Both the position numbers and the translations under genes were made by a program. A DNA stretch of 48,691 nt. Source: Anaerolineae bacterium (lineage in GTDB: Bacteria; Chloroflexota; Anaerolineae; B4-G1; SLSP01). The notes beneath the pieces were generated by a model, which searched no databases, was not told the DNA's origin, and saw nothing but the letters and a program-made list of their open reading frames with translations. Shown here piece after piece: positions 42,203 to 48,691 of the stretch; position 1 is the first letter of the stretch; each line of letters opens with the position of its first letter. The stretch lies in the NCBI GenBank assembly GCA_016926915.1, contig JAFGNR010000083.1:1-48691 (forward strand), written 5' to 3'.

Positions 42203-45127
42203 TCATACCCACCAGGGCGGTTCCTCCGGCGGAGGCACGCCCCAGGGGTCGTCATCAGATTGGGACATGACCGGCAGCGGCTTACCCGCCAACCACCGTC
42301 GCGCATATTCAGGCAAGTCGGCAACCGGACCAATTCTGACAGTAGGCCCTGGCAGGGACTGGATGAATCTCTGACCATAACGTTTGGTCACGATACGGCT
42401 ATCCAACACAACCACAATGCCGGTATCCGACCGGGTGCGGATCAGACGACCAAACCCTTGCAAGAAGCGCAACACCGCTTCGGGCACCATGTAATCATTA
42501 AACGCACTGTCGCAAGCCTCCGATCGGGCAGCAACAATGGGGTCATTCGGCACATCAAAAGGCAGCTTGGCGATCACCAGACAAGATAGATCTTCTCCGG
42601 GAATGTCGACCCCTTCCCAGAATGAACGCGTTCCTAACAGCACAGCCCGTGCATCTCTGCGGAAATTCTGCAGGAGTTGTGCCCGTGATGAACCATTGCC
42701 CTGCGCGTAGACGGTAATCCCAGCCCCACCAAGCGGGCCCCTGATCATGTCTGCCGTTGCACGCAGCTGAGTATATGATGTGAACAGCGCCATGGCTCGC
42801 CCCTGTGTGGCTGTGAATAAGTTCAACAACGCCTCCGAGACACGTTGTTGGTAACCGGCGCGTCCTGGCTCCGGAATATTGTTGGCGACATACAACAACG
42901 CCGCGGACCTATAATCAAACGGAGAGCCAACCGCCAACTCTTCAGCATCCCAGGCGCTTAGCCGTTCACGCACATAGTCGAACGAATCATCCACACGCAA
43001 GGTGGCCGACGTCATGATGACGGTACGCTTCTTCTCGAAAAGGTGTTCCTGTACCAAGGGTCCCACGTGCAGCGGCGCCGAATGCAAGGCCAATACTCCA
43101 TCGGCATACGAAGCACTCGTGTTGTTCCTTCGCGAGCTGGATTCAAGCCAGTAAATTGCATTCTCTGAAGGCTGGGCAATCAAGGCAGCCAATTGCATGT
43201 GGGCTTCGGACAGGCGCAACGATGTGCTGAGCAGACGCGAAAGTGGCGCCTCAAGATCGGGCCCCGCAGATTCCTGGGCGTCGTCCAATGCGTTTGCCAG
43301 ACGTTGCAATCCTTGCACGAGCGTCCCAAACGGAATAGAAACGCTATCCCAGGTCACTGCAACGGCTTCCCAGCCTGGTTGCATCCGCGAGCCCGGCGTC
43401 AGTCGCAAACGCACGCCATAGGGGTTGTCCCCATCCTGAACGTGGTCATCCAGAAACACCGTCAAGACATCGAACAGACGCTCGAGATGCTGCATCGCCT
43501 GATTTGCGGCGTCCTGCAATCTGATCACTTGATCCGCCAGCGCGGTACGGACCTTGCGTGAGAGTTGCTGGGCGACACCCTGCAGCTCATCCAAAATCCC
43601 CGGAAAGTTTCCCCGACCCGAAAGCAACTCCTCGAATAGATACCGCAGGCTGTACCAATCCACAGAGAAGTGTAGCGCCTCCGTGGTAGCACGCTCCAGA
43701 TGGTGAGCCTCATCCACAATCAGATGATTGTAGTCCGGCAGAACACGGTTCTGCGCTGCAATATCGGCCAACAGCAGCGCATGGTTGACGACCAACAGAT
43801 GTACGGTCTCCGCGCGCTCGCGTGCCTGGTAGAAGAAGCAACCCGAGCCGTGATAGTAAGGACAATCGCGAGCACTACAGTTCTCGGCAGAGGCGGATAG
43901 ACGCGACCACACGCCGCGTTCCCCAGGTGTAGGCAAGAAGAGACCATCGCCATCCCCATCCAAAGTGTTGGGTAACCAAAGCAGGATTTTTGCCAGAACA
44001 CACATTTCATCCTGGGTGGAAGGCCCGCGACGCCGTAAAGCCTGGAACTGCCGGCGACACAAATAGTGCGAACGGCCTTTCAAAACCATGTACCTGAAGC
44101 CGGTCGGGAATAGACGCTCCAGTAGAGGGATGTCTTTCCCGGCAAGTTGTTCCTGCAAGTTGATCGTGTTGGTCGAGATAACAACACGATCGTCGTTTTG
44201 ATCGGCCCACTTGAGCGCGGGCAAGAGATATGCCAACGATTTCCCGGTCCCGGTCCCGGCTTCGACCAGGAGATGATGTCCCTGGTTGAAAGCCAGAACA
44301 GCGCTGCGCATCATCGCGACCTGTTCCTCGCGAAATTCATAGTCCTCGAAAACCTGGGCCAGCGGGCCATTCTCACCCAGCAGATCTTCGAGACGGGCAA
44401 CATCAATCGGAACCGATTTCTCACGAGGTTCCAGTGGATCAGACTCAACTTCAGGTAGGAATAGCGGCCCAAACACATCCTGACCACGACGGTCTGCTAA
44501 CTGCACGCCGATGGCGCCCTGAAACCCCTCCCGGCTGCGGTTACGCAACGCGGATTGGAAGAAAAACCCCGGCCCCCAGTTGATGAATCCACCGAGACGA
44601 TACAGCTCCTCCAATGTTTCCTGGGGGAGCCGTAGAGCACGCTCAAACAAAGCGTTGTAGAGCGCGTGTGTCATACGCGCATCATCCAGAGCCCGGTGGG
44701 TCTGTGCTGTAGTAGCGATACCCAGCTCGTGCGTAAGGTTCTCCAGGCTGTACCGGCTGGCATGTGGCACCAGAATACTGGCCAATTCGAAAGTATCGAT
44801 TCGGGAATTGCCAACCAGAGCGTTATGATTACGAAGAAACGCCAGGTCAAAGCCCACGTTGTGCCCGATAACCGTGTCGCGCCCTACAAAGTCGCGTAAA
44901 TTACGGATGACCGCGCGCGCTGGCGGCGCGCCCGCCACGTCACGATCCGAAATGCCGGTCAGCTCCGTTACGAAATGTGGAATCGGCCGCCCTGGGTCGA
45001 CAAAAGAGGAAAAAGCCTCGATTTCTTCAGTGCCAGAAAAACGTACAGCCCCCACTTCGATAATCTCATCCCTCGCGGGGTCAAGACCGGTGGTCTCCAA
45101 GTCGAGGGAGACATAGGTGTTACGCAT
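42203..45127 (-). CDS. dinG: DinG-family ATP-dependent helicase with N-terminal DnaQ-like 3'-5' exonuclease domain
   Basis: Exo motif I is YVSLDLETTGLDPARDEIIEVGAV. Helicase motif I is VEAGTGTGKSLAYLLPA. A DEAH box (VDEAHHLE) and Cys-rich segments are consistent with an Fe-S helicase. Confidence 0.9.
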   Translation of the reverse strand: MRNTYVSLDLETTGLDPARDEIIEVGAVRFSGTEEIEAFSSFVDPGRPIPHFVTELTGISDRDVAGAPPARAVIRNLRDFVGRDTVIGHNVGFDLAFLRNHNALVGNSRIDTFELASILVPHASRYSLENLTHELGIATTAQTHRALDDARMTHALYNALFERALRLPQETLEELYRLGGFINWGPGFFFQSALRNRSREGFQGAIGVQLADRRGQDVFGPLFLPEVESDPLEPREKSVPIDVARLEDLLGENGPLAQVFEDYEFREEQVAMMRSAVLAFNQGHHLLVEAGTGTGKSLAYLLPALKWADQNDDRVVISTNTINLQEQLAGKDIPLLERLFPTGFRYMVLKGRSHYLCRRQFQALRRRGPSTQDEMCVLAKILLWLPNTLDGDGDGLFLPTPGERGVWSRLSASAENCSARDCPYYHGSGCFFYQARERAETVHLLVVNHALLLADIAAQNRVLPDYNHLIVDEAHHLERATTEALHFSVDWYSLRYLFEELLSGRGNFPGILDELQGVAQQLSRKVRTALADQVIRLQDAANQAMQHLERLFDVLTVFLDDHVQDGDNPYGVRLRLTPGSRMQPGWEAVAVTWDSVSIPFGTLVQGLQRLANALDDAQESAGPDLEAPLSRLLSTSLRLSEAHMQLAALIAQPSENAIYWLESSSRRNNTSASYADGVLALHSAPLHVGPLVQEHLFEKKRTVIMTSATLRVDDSFDYVRERLSAWDAEELAVGSPFDYRSAALLYVANNIPEPGRAGYQQRVSEALLNLFTATQGRAMALFTSYTQLRATADMIRGPLGGAGITVYAQGNGSSRAQLLQNFRRDARAVLLGTRSFWEGVDIPGEDLSCLVIAKLPFDVPNDPIVAARSEACDSAFNDYMVPEAVLRFLQGFGRLIRTRSDTGIVVVLDSRIVTKRYGQRFIQSLPGPTVRIGPVADLPEYARRWLAGKPLPVMSQSDDDPWGVPPPEEPPWWV

Positions 45128-45254
45128 AGACTCCTTTCCAACCTACAGCTGCAAGCAATTATACAACGGATCAGTAAATGCAAAAGGTGCAAGACGACAC
45201 AGGATGCGTTTCAAAACTGGGGCTCCTCTCGCAAGACCTGCCCCCACCCACGAT

Positions 45255-45296
45255 AAACAAAACCACGGCAGATGCAGTTTATACATCCGCCGTGGT
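45255..45296 (-). terminator. Intrinsic terminator after lon
   Basis: On the minus strand, CCACGGCGGATG pairs with CATCTGCCGTGG (12 bp, one G-U) and is followed by TTTTGTTT. Confidence 0.75.
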
Positions 45297-45317
45297 GATA
45301 GGCGATCTCGGAAAGAC

Positions 45318-47828
45318 TCACGCTGGCGCGACAGTTTCAGGTTGTGCGGCAGATGTGTCTTCTGGGATGGCGCGCTCTTCTTGACTTGTGGGAGCTGATT
45401 CTGTTTTCTCAACCGGCTCCAAAGCATGCTCTAGAACCTGAAGCATATCTTCGACCAGGATGAAACGCATATCATTACGGACTTCTTCGGGAATCTCGTC
45501 GAGGTCCACCTCGTTGAGATGCGGCAACAGCACAGTCTTAAGTCCGGCGCGGTGTGCTGCCAGGACCTTCAACTTCAAACCTCCAATTGGAAGCACCTGC
45601 CCTTGAAGCGTGATTTCACCGGTCATGGCAACGTCAGAACGCACCGAGCGCTCCGAAAGCAGCGATACCAGCGCCGTCACCAGCGTGATGCCTGCCGAAG
45701 GACCATCTTTAGGGACTGCGCCGGAAGGTACGTGCAGGTGGATCTTACCTTTGCAGGCATCCTCACAGAGTCCCAACTGACCGGTGTGAGATTCGACGTA
45801 ACTCAGAGCAATCCTCGCCGACTCGCGCATACCCTCACCCAGTTTACCGGTCAAAATCAGTGCACCATCACTTCCCGGCATGGTAGCGGCTTCCACAAAA
45901 AGCACTTCACCGCCGGTAGGCGTCCAGGCCAATCCCGTTGCCACGCCCGGTCGCTCGGTGCGCAAAGCGGCTTCGAAACGATAACGCGGTTTGCCCAGAA
46001 AGTCGCGAATCTCATCGGGATTGACATCGACTATGCCATCCACAACACCCTCGGCAACTTTCGTCGCGACTTTGCGGCAGACCTTGCCGATTTGTCGCTC
46101 TAGCTGCCGCACACCGGCCTCACGCGTATAATCACGGATGATCTGCCGGATACTCTCCTCCGAAAACGAAATCTCCTGCGATTGCAGGCCGTTTACCTTC
46201 AACTGGCGTGGAACCAGGTACTCCTGGGCAATACGGACCTTATCATATTCCGTATAGCCGTCCAGGTGAATCAGTTCCATCCGGTCCAGAAGCGGCGCCG
46301 GAATCGTGGACGTCGTATTAGCAGTACAGATGAAAAGCACCTGGCTCAAATCGAAATCCACATCAAGATAATGGTCACGGAACGCATGGTTCTGTTGGGG
46401 GTCCAGGACCTCCAACAAAGCCGATGACGGATCTCCGCGCCAATCGGCGCCGATTTTGTCCACCTCATCCAACATAAATACAGGGTTCTTGACGCCGGAT
46501 CGTTTGATCGCCTGCATAATCCGCCCCGGCATTGCTCCAATGTAGGTCCTCCGGTGCCCGCGAATCTCAGCTTCATCACGCATACCACCGAGGCTCATGC
46601 GCGTGAACTCCCGGCCCAGCGCGCGCGCTACTGATTGCCCCAGCGAAGTTTTGCCAACGCCGGGCGGCCCTACCAGCACTAAGATCGCGCCCAGGCCCAA
46701 ATCAGCACGTCCCTGCAAATCGCGAATGGTTTTATCTTCCTCGCTCTCATCTCGTTCTGCCCGCAGCTTACGCACGGCGAGGAATTCCAGAATACGCTCC
46801 TTGACATCCTCGAGATCATAGTGATCTTCATCCAAAACCCGCCGGGCATGAGCGATATCGAGCCGGTCCTCAGTCGCTTTCTGCCAGGGAAGCGACGTCA
46901 ACCAATCCAGATAGGTCTTGATGACCCAATATTCAGCAGCCTGGGGCGGCATCTTCTCAAGACGCGCCAGCTCCCGCAGGGCCTCCTCACGGCCTTCTTC
47001 GGATATCCCGGCCTCTGCGATCTTCTTCCGGTACTCCTCTACCTCCCGCTTCCCGTCATCCCCCTCCCCTAGTTCTTGCCGAATCGCTTCCATCTGCTGC
47101 CGCAGATAGTATTCACGTTGGGATTTTTCGATCTCTTCTTTGGCTTTCTCTTGAATCTGCTGCCCGATCTGACGGACTTCCAGCTCACGATTCAGCACGC
47201 GGGTCAAGAACCGCATCTTCTCGGTGACCTTCTCGAATTCGAGAATGGTCTGGGCATCTTCCATGCCAACCCGCAGATTCGAGGCCAAAAGGTAGACCAA
47301 CAGACGAGGATCCTCCAACTGTTGAATGAAACGTATGGCCTCTTCCGGGAACTGCGGGATCAGCTCCGCCAGTTCGGTAGCCACGTCAACCAGATTGCGG
47401 CGCAGAGCTTCTTCAACAACAGTATCATCGACTTCATCCGGTATGAGCTTGACCTGTGCTTTGAGGTAGGGAGACGTATCGGTCCACGTCTCGACGCGGA
47501 AACGCTCTAGCCCCTGAATGAAAACGGTCAAGGTGCCGTCCTGCGTGCGCATGACACGATGCACCATGGCAACGGTGCCGATCTGATGGACTTCGTCGGA
47601 ACCCGGCACCTCGACAGAGGGATCTTTCATCGCCACCAACCCGACCAAATGGTTTCCCTCTTCTACATCCTCTATGAGCCGAATCGAACGCGGGATTCCA
47701 ACCGCGAGTGGCATCACAATGAACGGAAAAGCTACTGTATTGCGTAGAGGCAAAATCGGTAACTCATCCGGAATTTCGCTCAGCATTGCGTCGAAATTTT
47801 GATCTTGCATATTGAACCAGGGTATCAT
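45318..47828 (-). CDS. lon: ATP-dependent Lon protease (LonA)
   Basis: LON N-domain ([22 protein letters not shown]), Walker [10 protein letters not shown] and catalytic Ser block [15 protein letters not shown]. The ATG at 47828 follows GGGAGGAAGGGGG. The ORF-track start at 47888 is an extension. Confidence 0.95.
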   Translation of the reverse strand: MIPWFNMQDQNFDAMLSEIPDELPILPLRNTVAFPFIVMPLAVGIPRSIRLIEDVEEGNHLVGLVAMKDPSVEVPGSDEVHQIGTVAMVHRVMRTQDGTLTVFIQGLERFRVETWTDTSPYLKAQVKLIPDEVDDTVVEEALRRNLVDVATELAELIPQFPEEAIRFIQQLEDPRLLVYLLASNLRVGMEDAQTILEFEKVTEKMRFLTRVLNRELEVRQIGQQIQEKAKEEIEKSQREYYLRQQMEAIRQELGEGDDGKREVEEYRKKIAEAGISEEGREEALRELARLEKMPPQAAEYWVIKTYLDWLTSLPWQKATEDRLDIAHARRVLDEDHYDLEDVKERILEFLAVRKLRAERDESEEDKTIRDLQGRADLGLGAILVLVGPPGVGKTSLGQSVARALGREFTRMSLGGMRDEAEIRGHRRTYIGAMPGRIMQAIKRSGVKNPVFMLDEVDKIGADWRGDPSSALLEVLDPQQNHAFRDHYLDVDFDLSQVLFICTANTTSTIPAPLLDRMELIHLDGYTEYDKVRIAQEYLVPRQLKVNGLQSQEISFSEESIRQIIRDYTREAGVRQLERQIGKVCRKVATKVAEGVVDGIVDVNPDEIRDFLGKPRYRFEAALRTERPGVATGLAWTPTGGEVLFVEAATMPGSDGALILTGKLGEGMRESARIALSYVESHTGQLGLCEDACKGKIHLHVPSGAVPKDGPSAGITLVTALVSLLSERSVRSDVAMTGEITLQGQVLPIGGLKLKVLAAHRAGLKTVLLPHLNEVDLDEIPEEVRNDMRFILVEDMLQVLEHALEPVEKTESAPTSQEERAIPEDTSAAQPETVAPA

Positions 47829-47920
47829 GACTCCCCCTTCCTCCCAGTACCCAACTTTTTTGCTCCCCGGTAATGCGCTTCCCAACAACAGTATTCATGC
47901 CGGAGATTTATCGTGAGGCC

Positions 47921-47929
47921 ATTATAACA
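47921..47929 (-). promoter_or_regulatory. Extended -10 element upstream of lon
   Basis: The minus strand reads TGTTATAAT, about 90 nt upstream of ATG 47828. Confidence 0.45.
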
Positions 47930-48060
47930 CTAACAGATTAGAAATGCATAAGAACAACGCGCCCGGCTATGTTTCACAGCGGGGGTGAAAACTCCACTAC
48001 CCCGCTTTTGGGAATAATACTGCCGCCATCCCACAGTGCGGTATAATGAAAGGCATGGAT

Positions 48061-48691
48061 ATGCAAATCGTCGACACACACGTGCATCTTCAAGATCGCA
48101 AGTACGGCTCGGACCTGGAACTGGTGCTCGAACGCGCCGCCGAAGCGGGCGTTGCTGTTTGTATCATTCCGGGTACCACAATCGAGGATAGTCGCAGGGC
48201 AATTGAGCTTTCCGAGAAGTACATCAGCCGCCCCGTCGCAGTATACGCTGCGGTAGGGATACACCCCACCGCAGCGTATCGCCTGACCCCTCAGACGCTT
48301 CGCGAACTTGAAACATTGGCAACTCACCCTCGCGTTGTCGCCATCGGAGAGATTGGATTGGATTATTATTGGCCTCACCAACCCGACCGGGCCTGGCGTT
48401 GTGCAGAACCGGCAGAGCAACGGATTGCGTTGCACCAACAGCTGCGGTTGGCCGCCGAAGTCCATCTTCCGGTCATCATCCACGACCGCGAGGCGCACGC
48501 TGACACGTTGCAAGCGCTCTCTAAATGGGTTGCAGAGGACACAGCGCGAACCGGAACACTGCATGCCTACGCTGCCGGGCCACAATGGCTTTCCCAAGCG
48601 CTCGAGATAGGGTTTTTCATTGGCATGGATGGCCCCGTGACCTATCGAAAAGCTGGCGCCCTCCACGAAGTTGCAAAACTGGTCCCCCTCA
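48061..48691 (+). CDS. TatD-family metal-dependent hydrolase; C-terminus runs off the right edge
   Basis: Own translation: MQIVDTHVHLQDRKY...AIGEIGLDYYW...LPVIIHDREAH...GTLHAY...IGMDGPVTY, the TatD motif series. It is not in the ORF track because no stop lies in the window. An in-frame ATG at 48055 is an alternative start, but GAAAGG spacing favours 48061. Confidence 0.85.
   Translation, partial: MQIVDTHVHLQDRKYGSDLELVLERAAEAGVAVCIIPGTTIEDSRRAIELSEKYISRPVAVYAAVGIHPTAAYRLTPQTLRELETLATHPRVVAIGEIGLDYYWPHQPDRAWRCAEPAEQRIALHQQLRLAAEVHLPVIIHDREAHADTLQALSKWVAEDTARTGTLHAYAAGPQWLSQALEIGFFIGMDGPVTYRKAGALHEVAKLVPL

Noticed and set aside
42203-45127. DinG helicase as a defence or CRISPR accessory helicase
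   Set aside because: The exonuclease-DinG fusion is the ordinary housekeeping form in many Gram-positive-type lineages. It is flanked by lon and plsX, with no cas or nuclease partners.
45318-47828. Lon protease as a defence-associated (BrxL-like) Lon
   Set aside because: It has the canonical LonA architecture (LON N-domain, AAA+, S16 with a Ser-Lys dyad context) and its own promoter and terminator. No BREX or other defence genes are nearby.
47974-48666. 230-aa minus-strand ORF in the track
   Set aside because: It lies entirely antisense to a plus-strand frame with the full TatD motif series (DTHVHL, EIGLDYY, IIHDREAH, GMDGPVTY). Its own sequence is Cys/Arg-rich and non-protein-like. It is a GC-rich shadow ORF.
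48061-48691. TatD as the QatD component of a Qat-type defence system
   Set aside because: No QatA/B/C-like ATPase or QueC-like genes are present, and the gene is divergent from lon. It is probably an ordinary housekeeping TatD, although the downstream context is outside the window.

Overview
GC-rich, densely coded 48.7-kb chromosomal segment, most likely from a filamentous Chloroflexota-type bacterium. This guess rests on a Chlor_Arch_YYY/DUF2298 giant membrane protein, a THEP1-type NTPase, an exonuclease-DinG fusion and a CHAT-WD40 protein. I can support 39 protein-coding genes. Two run off the window edges and are missing from the supplied ORF track: 1-3819 minus strand and 48061-48691 plus strand. 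Content is mostly housekeeping and envelope genes: GH57 and glgA (glycogen), the pgpH-like/ybeY/dgkA operon, rpsU-yqeY, mutL, plsX, dinG, lon, tatD, UDP-glucuronate decarboxylase, an O-antigen-ligase-like protein, GT39 and a CDP-alcohol phosphatidyltransferase. I found no rRNA, tRNA, CRISPR array, transposase, integrase or prophage signature. Several near-consensus sigma-70-type promoters, three convincing intrinsic terminators and a few operator-like palindromes are readable. The candidates most worth follow-up are these. (1) A separately promoted CHAT (caspase-like) protease fused to a WD40 propeller, flanked by an orphan PAS/GAF HisKA_2 kinase and a convergent membrane NERD-like protein. 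(2) A tight GYD / degenerate ImmA-IrrE-like / secreted-membrane protein trio directly behind mutL. (3) A self-contained two-gene cassette encoding a helical protein plus an SPFH-SHOCT protein. (4) An AAA+ ATPase / GDPD / YfcE-phosphoesterase operon with a palindromic operator. (5) A secreted 1115-aa protein with three lamin-tail domains and a PLD domain. All functional calls come from reading motifs by eye; no database search was run.
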